Part shown: one piece after another, positions 39,600 through 48,499 of the stretch
Numbering within the stretch: the first letter of the stretch is position 1
How the letters are laid out: each line of letters starts with the position of its first letter
Assembly (NCBI GenBank): GCA_965214095.1
Contig: OZ243938.1
Coordinates: 3,264,001-3,328,000, forward strand
Direction: 5' to 3'
DNA from: Candidatus Poribacteria bacterium
GTDB taxonomy: Bacteria > Poribacteria > WGA-4E > WGA-3G
DNA: 64,000 nt
The notes under the pieces: generated by a model
The model's input: the letters and a program-made list of their open reading frames with translations, nothing else
The model's database searches: none
What the model was told of the DNA's origin: nothing
Program-made: the position numbers and the translations under genes

Positions 39600-40199
39600 T
39601 TACACTGCTCGTCGACCTTCTAATGCTTTTGAGAGTGTTACTTCATCAATGTATTCTAAATCTCCTCCAACAGGAATACCGTAAGCGATTCGGGTGATGT
39701 TGACCTGAAAATGTTCAAGTTGCTGTATTAGATATAGTGCGGTTGCTTGCCCTTCTGTATCCCAATTTGTAGCGAGAATAACTTCTTTAACAGTACCGTT
39801 GTTAACACGGTTGAAGAGAGAATCCATCCGTAGTGAATCGGGACCCACGCCATCTAATGGCGACAAAACACCACCGAGAACATGATAAAGTCCTTTATGA
39901 CTTTCTGTGCGTTCAATTGCCCATAGATCATCAGGTTGTTCAACGACACAGATAATCTGCGAGTCTCGTCTTGGATTTGAACATATCTGACAAGGATTTA
40001 TGTCAGTGATAGTACCACATATTTTGCAATCAGACAAGTTTTTTTTAACTTCTAAGATCGCTTCAGCAATCTGTTTGGTCTCCATATCTGGCAACGTTAG
40101 CATAAAGAAAGCTAACCGTTGTGCTGTTTTTGGACCGACCGTTGGAAGTTTCTGGAGCTGCATGATAAGCCGCTCCAACGGAACTGGATATCCCTGCAT
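39600..40199 (-). CDS. recR: Recombination protein RecR
   Basis: HhH motif (LPTVGPKTAQRLA), C4 zinc finger, Toprim, RIAYGIPVGG; start set at MQGYP. Confidence 0.96.
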   Translation of the reverse strand: MQGYPVPLERLIMQLQKLPTVGPKTAQRLAFFMLTLPDMETKQIAEAILEVKKNLSDCKICGTITDINPCQICSNPRRDSQIICVVEQPDDLWAIERTESHKGLYHVLGGVLSPLDGVGPDSLRMDSLFNRVNNGTVKEVILATNWDTEGQATALYLIQQLEHFQVNITRIAYGIPVGGDLEYIDEVTLSKALEGRRAV

Positions 40200-40215
40200 G
40201 TATTTGCCTATTGCT

Positions 40216-40524
40216 TTATGGAAGTCCCGGAATTTTGAAACCACCAGTTAGTTTGCTCATTTCATCAGACATCATTTCGTGTGATTTCTGCAGTGCTTCA
40301 TTTATGGCTGCGACGACCAAATCCTCAAGCATTTCAGTGTCATCTGGGTCAACGACTTCAGGTGTAATGCGAAGTGAAACAAGTTCTTGTTGTCCATTGA
40401 CGACGGCTGTGACCATCCCGCCTCCGACAGTTGCTTCTATTGTTTGGTTCGCGAGTTCTTCACGGATTTCAAGCATGCGTTTTTGCATCTGTTGTGCTTG
40501 TTTCATTAAATCATTCATTTTCAT
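40216..40524 (-). CDS. ybaB: YbaB/EbfC nucleoid-associated protein
   Basis: MKQAQQMQ...GGGMV...MLEDLVVAAINEA; lies between dnaX and recR. Confidence 0.95.
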   Translation of the reverse strand: MKMNDLMKQAQQMQKRMLEIREELANQTIEATVGGGMVTAVVNGQQELVSLRITPEVVDPDDTEMLEDLVVAAINEALQKSHEMMSDEMSKLTGGFKIPGLP

Positions 40525-40617
40525 AATAGTAAATGTGCCGGTTCTCAGAAGAGAACTGGAATGTCTCCTTGACTAATGTCTCCTTGACTGTGGATACAGA
40601 ATATAATCATGTGTACG

Positions 40618-42390
40618 TTAAATGTTAATATCTAAAATTCTTGCGTCAAATAGGTCAAGCACGGGTTGGAGTTTTTCGTCTTCTTCGGCTTGACGTTTTC
40701 GCATCGTAGGTGTTTTTATTTCTTCTTCAGGTGTTTCATTGGGTTCTTGTGACTGTGAGACAGCTTCTGCTTTTTCAAGTTCGATCTGAACAGGTTTTCC
40801 GATTACATCTGAAAAAGTATTCTTAATATGTTGTTTTGCTTCTTCATCAACTAAAGAAAAACTAACATCAGGTGAGCAGACAATCTTTATGCAATCCTCT
40901 CCATCTGCGGTTGGTTTCGCGTCCTTGAACGCTCCGTGGACTAAATAAGGTGAAATGGATATAAGTCGTGATTTTACTTCTTCCCAAATGTCTGACAGTT
41001 CCTCCATACTACGCGGTGTTGATTGAGTAGTTTTATCGGTAACGTCTTCTGGTTCGCTACTTTCTTGTTCTGATGTGAGGACTGATTCAGAAGGAGGATC
41101 TGATTTTGGGGGAGGACGATTAGGCGGATTTCTTTCAAGGAATGTGTCAGCAGAGGTGTCTCTATGAGTTTTGGTCTGTGTGGGAGTCGGTGTAATTCCT
41201 GATTCTGCATCGGAACTACCGATTCTCTGCTCTATAGCAATTAGTTTATTGATGATTTCTTCAAGTTGGATCCCCTCTTTAATAGCATTAATCTGAATCA
41301 GTGCGCTCTCAAACTGGAGTTGGGGATAACCGTATTCTTTAATCTCACGGTTGGTATGCATCAGTATCTTTATGATTCGAGATAACCGTTCCACTGAGAC
41401 CTGTTCTGCTTTTTCCGTTAGGTCAGATAATTCAGATTTTGGACTTTGTATGAGTTCACCGAGTTGGTTATCAATAGCGAGGAGTCGTAGGTCACGAAAA
41501 TAAGCGAGAATGTGGTGAAGACATTGCTCTAAATCCATTCCTTGTATGGATAGTTTGTGTAGTGAATCTAAACTTGCGGCGAGGTCTCGTGCGATAATTG
41601 CGTCTGTAAGTTCGTGGAGCAGAGAGCTTGACCCGAGTCCGAGTGTCTCTTCTACGTTATCAAGTGTAAGATTTTTTCCTGCAGATGCGACCAACCTTTC
41701 CAGTAGGTTTTCTGCGTCGCGGAGACATCCTTCGGATTGCCGTGCTATGAGTGAGAGTACTTCACTATCTGAAGTAATTTCTTCATCATCAGCAATTAGT
41801 TGTAATCTTGAAATAATCTGGTCGGGGATAAGGTGGCGAAAATCAAAGTCTTGACAACGGGAGACGATGGTCTTTGGGATTTGAGAGTGTTCTGTAGTCG
41901 CCATGATGAAGATAACATGCGATGGGGGTTCTTCCAGTGTTTTGAGGAGTGCGTTGAATCCTTCTGAAGTGAGCATGTGAACTTCATCAATAATGTAAAT
42001 TTTGTATTTGTAAGCTGCAGGGGATAGTTTCACATTCTCACGTAGGTCACGAATCGTGTCAATGCCGCGATTAGATGCTGCATCCATCTCAATGACATCA
42101 AATGATGAACCTTGTGTAATATCTCTACAAGCATCGCATTGATTACAAGGTTCTCCCGTATTTACGGGACCTAAGTCTGTTTCTTGTGTGGGATTCAGGC
42201 AGTTGACCGCTTTTGCAAACAGACGTGCTACCGTAGTTTTACCAGTTCCTCTTGGTCCCCAAAACAGGTATGCATGCCCGAGTCGTTCGGTGCGAATTTG
42301 GTTCTGTAGAGTGGCGGTCACGTGTGCCTGTCCAACAACATCACTGAAGAATTGGGGTCTCCATTTCTGTGCGAAAACTTCATAAGACAT
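40618..42390 (-). CDS. dnaX: DNA polymerase III subunit gamma/tau
   Basis: KWRPQ.F, GPRGTGKTT, EMDAASN, IIDEVHML and NALLKTLEEPP motifs. Confidence 0.97.
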   Translation of the reverse strand: MSYEVFAQKWRPQFFSDVVGQAHVTATLQNQIRTERLGHAYLFWGPRGTGKTTVARLFAKAVNCLNPTQETDLGPVNTGEPCNQCDACRDITQGSSFDVIEMDAASNRGIDTIRDLRENVKLSPAAYKYKIYIIDEVHMLTSEGFNALLKTLEEPPSHVIFIMATTEHSQIPKTIVSRCQDFDFRHLIPDQIISRLQLIADDEEITSDSEVLSLIARQSEGCLRDAENLLERLVASAGKNLTLDNVEETLGLGSSSLLHELTDAIIARDLAASLDSLHKLSIQGMDLEQCLHHILAYFRDLRLLAIDNQLGELIQSPKSELSDLTEKAEQVSVERLSRIIKILMHTNREIKEYGYPQLQFESALIQINAIKEGIQLEEIINKLIAIEQRIGSSDAESGITPTPTQTKTHRDTSADTFLERNPPNRPPPKSDPPSESVLTSEQESSEPEDVTDKTTQSTPRSMEELSDIWEEVKSRLISISPYLVHGAFKDAKPTADGEDCIKIVCSPDVSFSLVDEEAKQHIKNTFSDVIGKPVQIELEKAEAVSQSQEPNETPEEEIKTPTMRKRQAEEDEKLQPVLDLFDARILDINI

Positions 42391-42495
42391 GTTTGTAACC
42401 TTTGACAGGCAAAAAATGGGAATTTGTTAATTGCGTATATTGAGAACCCACAATAACAGATTTGGATTCATGTTTAAGTATCCGCGTAAATATAA

Positions 42496-42767
42496 TGGCT
42501 ATGCACCCAGATTTGACAAGCCTTTCCGGACGTTGCCCATGTCGTTGGCTCAAGCCAGGCTACCTTGCGTCACACGAGAAAACTTATCTGCCGCTGCTTC
42601 CTTCCGGACCTGACGGGGTTCAACAAGTTCTCGTTGCTCAAGACCCAACTATCAACGCTACGTGCATGGGACAGACCCCACAAAGACAGGCCGCATGCTG
42701 GGGATTCAGTTCTGCTTTAGCGGATTGCAGATATAGGGCACCGCTACCTCCCCACCTAGCATAGCCA
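42496..42767 (-). ncRNA. ffs: Large (Alu-domain-containing) SRP RNA
   Basis: 5' ggctatgctaggtggggaggtagcggtgccct..ctgcaatccgct as in Bacillus scRNA; S-domain gtcaggtccggaaggaagcagc; ends are complementary; upstream of dnaX. Confidence 0.93.
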
Positions 42768-42834
42768 AGGTGTTATAGATTGTTTGTCAGATATAAGACT
42801 AAAAGTCACTAAAACCTAACCTAATTCAAGAAAC

Positions 42835-42926
42835 TGGCGGAGAGAGTGGGATTCGAACCCACGGTACTGCAAAACAGCACACATGATTTCCAGTCATGCC
42901 AGTTCAACCAACTCCTGCATCTCTCC
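42835..42926 (-). tRNA. tRNA-Ser(GGA)
   Basis: Anticodon arm catga-ctGGAaa-tcatg, long variable arm, CCA encoded. Confidence 0.95.
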
Positions 42927-42942
42927 GATAAGTGTAAATAAA

Positions 42943-43015
42943 TGGAGCAGACGGGATTTGAACCCGTGACCTCATCCGTGCGAGGGATACGCTCTCCCAA
43001 CTGAGCTACTGCCCC
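42943..43015 (-). tRNA. tRNA-Ala(CGC)
   Basis: Anticodon loop ctCGCac; G3:U70 pair; CCA not encoded. Confidence 0.93.
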
Positions 43016-43053
43016 GAATTAGACATAAGTTTTGTGACAATCATCCGTAAAAG

Positions 43054-43141
43054 TGGCGGAGAGAGTGGGATTCGAACCCACGGTGACTTGCGCCACAACA
43101 GTTTTCGAGACTGTCCAGTTCAACCGCTCCTGCATCTCTCC
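43054..43141 (-). tRNA. tRNA-Ser(CGA)
   Basis: acagt-ctCGAaa-actgt, long variable arm, CCA encoded. Confidence 0.95.
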
Positions 43142-43214
43142 TTATATATTGCAGTGAAAATGAACTTAAATATTAAAAACCCAAAATAGACTATTTATTA
43201 TCCAAACAATAGGA

Positions 43215-43709
43215 TTAACGCCTATTTTTAAAAAATGATTTCAACAGTGTACTACTCTTTTCGGCACAGACTCCGCTAATTAACTCCACTTCGTGGTTTA
43301 ATCGTTCATCTTGGACAATGTTATAGAGTGTTCCAGCTGCGCCTGCCTTCGGGTCATGAGCAGCATAAACGACCTTCGGAATTCGCGCCAAAACAATCGC
43401 TCCTGCACACATCGGACACGGTTCCAAGGTTACATATAAGACGGTATCTGTTAAACGCCAATTACCTAACTTCTGAGACGCTTCCTGTATCACAAGCATT
43501 TCTGCATGTGCAATTGGGTTACCAGATTGTTCCCGCAAATTATGGGCAGCAGCTACACAATGCCCGTCTTTAATCAGTATTGCAGCGACAGGTACTTCAC
43601 CTATTTTTCCTGCTTGTTGTGCCAATTCCAGTGCCTTTTCCATCCAGAAAACATCACTATCTAAAATTTGCACAGCAGGTTCGGTGTATGACACTGTTTT
43701 ATATCGCAT
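43215..43709 (-). CDS. tadA: tRNA adenosine(34) deaminase
   Basis: GEVPV, HAE, TLEPCPMC and DPKAGA motifs. Confidence 0.96.
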   Translation of the reverse strand: MRYKTVSYTEPAVQILDSDVFWMEKALELAQQAGKIGEVPVAAILIKDGHCVAAAHNLREQSGNPIAHAEMLVIQEASQKLGNWRLTDTVLYVTLEPCPMCAGAIVLARIPKVVYAAHDPKAGAAGTLYNIVQDERLNHEVELISGVCAEKSSTLLKSFFKNRR

Positions 43710-43737
43710 GAATCTTGAGCAATGTCAAGATTCAAAA

Positions 43738-43811
43738 AGCGCCTGAGAGGATTCGAACCCCCGGCCTTCTGATCCGTAGTCAGATGCTCTAATCCACTGA
43801 GCTACAGGCGC
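43738..43811 (-). tRNA. tRNA-Arg(ACG)
   Basis: tctga-ctACGga-tcaga; acceptor stem gcgcctg/caggcgc. Confidence 0.95.
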
Positions 43812-43904
43812 ATATTCACCACAATCTTGGTGACTATTGTGTCAGATATTGCTTCTTGACTATACCTGACTCAAATTTCAATTGATGTGGTTATAAGTTA
43901 AAAA

Positions 43905-43989
43905 CGGAGAGGGTGGGATTCGAACCCACGATGGCTTACGCCATAACTGCTTAGCAGGCAGTCCAGTTCAACCACTCCTGCACCTCTCC
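43905..43989 (-). tRNA. tRNA-Ser(GCT)
   Basis: actgc-ctGCTaa-gcagt, long variable arm. Confidence 0.95.
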
Positions 43990-43997
43990 AAAATATA

Positions 43998-44085
43998 TGG
44001 CGGTGGGAGTAGGATTCGAACCCACGGTGACTTGCGCCACAACGGTTTTCAAGACCGCCGCTTTCGTCCACTCAGCCATCCCACC
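43998..44085 (-). tRNA. tRNA-Ser(TGA)
   Basis: gcggt-ctTGAaa-accgt, long variable arm, CCA encoded. Confidence 0.95.
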
Positions 44086-44109
44086 ATTATTATTAAAGAA
44101 ACGATTTTA

Positions 44110-44138
44110 ATTTTAACACATATTTCACCCTTTGTCAA
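44110..44138 (-). promoter_or_regulatory. sigma70 promoter of the tRNA/tadA/ffs cluster
   Basis: TTGACA-N17-TAAAAT on the minus strand, just upstream of tRNA-Ser(TGA). Confidence 0.75.
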
Positions 44139-44232
44139 ACGAATTTGCATCAGTGTTGATGAGAATCTGTATTTCTGACGTAATTTATCACACAGCTTAT
44201 ATTTTGAAAGAATATTCTTATTTTAAAGAGTA

Positions 44233-45258
44233 TCAGTTGCCTTTAAGTTGGTCTTCCAAGAAAGCAATTCCGGGTGCCAGATCAATCTCATGTTCTCCTT
44301 GAAAGTGATCAAGTACTAACTTTTCGCGTTTGCCACATGCGCTATATATCTTTTCAAGGTGTTGAAACGCTGCCAATGCATCCGACTCAATAAAACACCG
44401 ATCATCGGAACCGATTTGCACCATACACGAACGCGGTGCGATAAGTCCAGCAACGTCTGCTATGTCACCAGCTGCGCGTAGTCCAAACATAAATTGCGAA
44501 CCACACGTATTCCCGCGTCCACGATCCCCTAATGCATCTATCAAAGTACTCAGGTAACAGACAATTACAGATGCCTTAACCCGCCAATCGAAAGCTGCAA
44601 TATAGGTCGTCATAGTACCGCCAAACGAACATCCCATACATCCTAAACGTTTTCCGTCTACTTCTGGACGTGATTGGAGATAGGTTAGACACCTTTGTCC
44701 ATCTGATATATTGAGCTGCAGCAACTGATAGCCAAAGTAGCCAAGTGCGAAATATTCAGCGTTACATCCATCTCTACCCGGACGACGCACCCACTCATCT
44801 CTATCTTTCCGCTCACCGAAGCATCGCCAATCCGGTGCCATTGTGACAAATCCCTGTTTTGCGAGTTCAACAGCATACTGTTTCTGATAATCATCCACGA
44901 TGCCGACTGCTCCATCTTTCCCAACTCCATGCCCATGGGCACATAGCACTGCAGGTGCAGGATTGTCTTCGCTTACACTATCAGGTATCAATACATAAGC
45001 TGGAATTGATGAGAATGCATCCGGATTGAATATTATCTTTTCTCGTGTATACCCATCCTGCTGTATCTGTTCTAATGTTTCTACCTCTAATGGTACTGGA
45101 TCAGGTCTTGGTCCTAAGTGCCGACGCATGTGTCGTCTGAATTGTTTACGCCATTCTTGCCAATCCGTTTTGGTGGTGCCGTTGAAGTAATGCGGCGGTG
45201 TTGTTTGGAGAAGTTGATCAACGCTCTGTTCCGCTGTCAAAAATCTATCTATTGCCAT
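44233..45258 (-). CDS. Alpha/beta hydrolase (dienelactone hydrolase/acetylxylan esterase-like)
   Basis: PAVLCAHGHG, GCSFGG nucleophile elbow, LIAPR, C-terminal GEH. Confidence 0.85.
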   Translation of the reverse strand: MAIDRFLTAEQSVDQLLQTTPPHYFNGTTKTDWQEWRKQFRRHMRRHLGPRPDPVPLEVETLEQIQQDGYTREKIIFNPDAFSSIPAYVLIPDSVSEDNPAPAVLCAHGHGVGKDGAVGIVDDYQKQYAVELAKQGFVTMAPDWRCFGERKDRDEWVRRPGRDGCNAEYFALGYFGYQLLQLNISDGQRCLTYLQSRPEVDGKRLGCMGCSFGGTMTTYIAAFDWRVKASVIVCYLSTLIDALGDRGRGNTCGSQFMFGLRAAGDIADVAGLIAPRSCMVQIGSDDRCFIESDALAAFQHLEKIYSACGKREKLVLDHFQGEHEIDLAPGIAFLEDQLKGN

Positions 45259-45462
45259 AGTCTGTCCCTCCTATTGTGATGTGTTATTTTACCACATATA
45301 GTATTGATTGCAAAGGCAATTTTACAGGTAATAACCACTGGGTTTGGTTTTCACAATATAAACAGTGATTGCTCTTGGAATCTACTTTATGCTATAATTG
45401 TTAATGGTCAATATTACATAAGCATAATTTCTATTATAAAATTAACTGAAGGAAAAAGTAAA

Positions 45463-45663
45463 ATGTCACGCATATTAGAAATTCAGCAAGAGATCCTCGC
45501 TCTACCTGCAGATGAATACAAACAATTGCGGCAGTGGTTTAGTGAATTGGACTGGAAAAAATGGGATCAAGAGATTGAGGTTGATTCAAAAGCAGGGAAA
45601 TTAGATTTCTTGATTGCAGAAGCTCAGGACGAGAAAGAAAAAGGAACACTTAAGGACCTTTAA
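45463..45663 (+). CDS. Putative antitoxin
   Basis: Acidic 66-aa protein (LRQWFSELDWKKWDQEIEVDSKAGKLD) abutting a ParE/RelE-like toxin; start set at MSRIL. Confidence 0.7.
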   Translation: MSRILEIQQEILALPADEYKQLRQWFSELDWKKWDQEIEVDSKAGKLDFLIAEAQDEKEKGTLKDL

Positions 45664-45918
45664 GTGCATAAAACGACTTCGCGTTTCTGGAGATTTCTTC
45701 AGCAGCTGCCCGAATCTGTACAGAATACTGCAAGACAGAATTTCGACCTACTCAAAAATAATCCACAACACCCATCTCTACATTTCAAGAAAGTTGGCAA
45801 GTACTGGTCTGCGCGCGTAGGACAAGATTATAGAGCACTTGCCATTAAAGATGGAAGTGATTTCACTTGGGTTTGGATTGGTAAACACGATGAATATGAG
45901 AGACTAATTAATCCTTAA
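45664..45918 (+). CDS. ParE/RelE-like toxin
   Basis: LP..VQ..A...F.LLK.NP.HPSLHFKKV...WSARVG..YRALA.....WVWIG.H.EY pattern. Confidence 0.8.
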   Translation: MHKTTSRFWRFLQQLPESVQNTARQNFDLLKNNPQHPSLHFKKVGKYWSARVGQDYRALAIKDGSDFTWVWIGKHDEYERLINP

Positions 45919-45990
45919 TTATATTGTGCTATGAGAATAGAGAACGAATTACCAATAAGACAAGTCTCCTTTCAGCGGATATAAGTATTA

Positions 45991-47871
45991 CTACCGCGGT
46001 TGACTATACGAAGGGGCATTAACAAAACGTTCCATTCCCACCTCTACCTCAATTTGGGTATTTGGTGGTAGATGAACTTGAAGGTATGTTCCATTTACCT
46101 CAACATTATTATCATTAACACGGGCTGTCGTGAAATTGTGTTCACACATTGAACCCGCCTGAACAATAACATCACGGGCTTCATAAGTGCTAAGGTTTAC
46201 TAACTCCAGTTCAGTTGTGTCATCAGTCAATTTGGATACTAATGCAGCGACATCCGCTGGAAGTCCTGGACGTTTCTGTTGTGGATCATAGTGTCGCACT
46301 CGCGTAACAAGCAGACCACCATTATAGTGTGGTAAAGGACCGCCACATGTAAGTTCAACCAATCCTTCACAGGTAACAGGATTGCGTCTTTGGAAATAAG
46401 CGTCTCCATAACCTGCTGGATCCTCGTCGTCATTTTCCATGAAGTCAAGTCGTTGCTGAACTTGCAACAGGTTATGATTGAGGATTGATTCTGGATATTC
46501 AGGAAAATCACCTCGCATATACGCCAACCAACCGCCATCACGTCCACCTTGGTCCTTGGTGTGATGCCATGCATTGATGTCAAATTTTGATCCAGTTTTT
46601 TTCGCTATTTGTACCGCACGGTTTTGGTCTTTGTTCTCCATTGACATTGCCCATAAATGTGCAACATCAGACGGATGCATCGGCATGAATTCAAACCAAC
46701 CATCCACCTGCAGTGCCGTGCCATCTTCGTTTGTTATCGGATATTGAAGCCACGGACCAGGGACATAGTTAACTTTGACTGGATCGCCATACTTCTGCGG
46801 CACATAGAGTTGATCGTTATGCTCTATACCCTGCTGAATTAAGACATCAATCTGTGAACGTGGGAAATCCATATATGTCAGATTTCTATGAAGGAGTGCT
46901 GCATTCTGCGCGGCAACACTAACTGCTTGACCAACGCTATGCCAGCCATGAGGCCAACTCCAGCCGTAACGAGAACCATACCACTTGCCATCCATGTGTT
47001 CTCCGATTATACCCGATAGTCCAACGTTATCCGGCACAATCCCGTGATTTTGTTCTGTGCGTGCAATCCACGCGTCAACATATTCTTGTACCCATGCCTT
47101 ATATTTCTCCTCCCCAGTGAGCATGTAAGCATTTGTAGCGAGCGTTGTCGCAGCGAGATTACCGACAGCGTCTCCTTTTCCTTGCCGTTCACAGATTACC
47201 TGTTCCATGCGTTTGCGTAATTCCTCGCTTTCCCTGACTGCCTCATGGCTTGTGCAACCGAGAACATCATAAAACGGCATGTTGTAGCCATCCCAAGGCC
47301 AAAATGATTGTCCTTCAAACGTCCAGAATGCGGGTCCTTTACTGCCGTTCATCACACACTTGATGATTTTGTGTTCTGGGTCGTAATTTGGTGCATCAGG
47401 GTCTTCGTTCATAAAGAATCCAGCGTATCGCGTCGCGCGTTCAAGGTTCGTCTCGTGAGATGGATCCGCCATACACAGCATATAAAACAAATAATTCCCT
47501 TCGCTTTGGTGGAACCAGTCATATCCCGGTTGATACTCTTTGATGACCATAGGATAGTCGTATCCAGAGCCGTATCGCGTCATGTCTTTCGTGATAACTT
47601 CAAATTCGTGTTGTGCATCAACCAAGAACTGTGCATCTCCACCAAGCATATAAAATAGGGGCCAGTTATGGAAACTCTCATAAGCATCATCTAATCCATC
47701 AATGCTTTGAAAATCTGGGTGTGTGGGCCAATACAACGTTCCATCTGGACGTGTATATTTTTTCAAAACTTTCGGTGCTGCATCATTGATTTTATCTATC
47801 AGTTCGCGTTCAAGCACTGCCCATTCTGGTGGCGTTTGAATTCGTGTTTTTGCTTCAATTGTTGGGAACAT
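45991..47871 (-). CDS. Conserved hypothetical protein (626 aa, aromatic-rich, possibly a sugar-modifying helical barrel)
   Basis: Long ORF with normal composition; no family recognised. Confidence 0.75.
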   Translation of the reverse strand: MFPTIEAKTRIQTPPEWAVLERELIDKINDAAPKVLKKYTRPDGTLYWPTHPDFQSIDGLDDAYESFHNWPLFYMLGGDAQFLVDAQHEFEVITKDMTRYGSGYDYPMVIKEYQPGYDWFHQSEGNYLFYMLCMADPSHETNLERATRYAGFFMNEDPDAPNYDPEHKIIKCVMNGSKGPAFWTFEGQSFWPWDGYNMPFYDVLGCTSHEAVRESEELRKRMEQVICERQGKGDAVGNLAATTLATNAYMLTGEEKYKAWVQEYVDAWIARTEQNHGIVPDNVGLSGIIGEHMDGKWYGSRYGWSWPHGWHSVGQAVSVAAQNAALLHRNLTYMDFPRSQIDVLIQQGIEHNDQLYVPQKYGDPVKVNYVPGPWLQYPITNEDGTALQVDGWFEFMPMHPSDVAHLWAMSMENKDQNRAVQIAKKTGSKFDINAWHHTKDQGGRDGGWLAYMRGDFPEYPESILNHNLLQVQQRLDFMENDDEDPAGYGDAYFQRRNPVTCEGLVELTCGGPLPHYNGGLLVTRVRHYDPQQKRPGLPADVAALVSKLTDDTTELELVNLSTYEARDVIVQAGSMCEHNFTTARVNDNNVEVNGTYLQVHLPPNTQIEVEVGMERFVNAPSYSQPR

Positions 47872-48350
47872 AATCTGTTATCCTTATGTTATCTAATCAA
47901 GAATATCATGCATGCTCAATTTCATTCCTGTTTTCAAGAAGGGCACTTTTCGTAGAGAATGTGTGCCACTCTATAAAATGACAACAAGGTAGTAAGTGGC
48001 ATAACACCTATGATATCTGTAGACTACCATCTTTAGATACTATTGTCAATTATCAGGACAATTTAGTTTTCAACCTATCTGACGAAGTTTATTACAAAAC
48101 AATTGTATTTCACCAAGAATTCAGGACCGCATTTTTTGCGTCTTGTATTACAATTATTGTATTTTATCCTGCAATTTCTGTAATTCCGGAATTATCCCGT
48201 TTTGCAATCGAAATTTGTACTAATGAACTTTAGAAAAAAATAGAGGATTATTAAGTACTATGTAAATCCAGCCTACGTATACATTTTTAGCAGAGCATAT
48301 TGAAATAAAATATGAAATTTACGTTAATATTCTTTCTACAATAAACCCAT

Positions 48351-48386
48351 TTGTATGTATTGGCACGAAACTTGTATGTATTAGCA
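48351..48386 (+). promoter_or_regulatory. 21-bp-period direct repeat overlapping a sigma54-like motif
   Basis: ttgtatgtattggca / ttgtatgtattagca; TGGCACG-N4-TTGTA at 48361-48376. Confidence 0.35.
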
Positions 48387-48499
48387 GAGATTTGTCTATG
48401 TTGAACAGAACAATACATTTTCTATGATAAATAAATCAATATAAAAAGTACCCTTTGGATAAACAATTCCAAGGAACTATAAAGAAAGGAAATGAAGAA

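Noticed and set aside
40618-42390. Programmed -1 frameshift in dnaX
   Set aside because: I did not see a convincing slippery heptamer plus hairpin.
42431-42764. Plus-strand ORFs 42431-42613 and 42462-42764
   Set aside because: They lie antisense to the SRP RNA.
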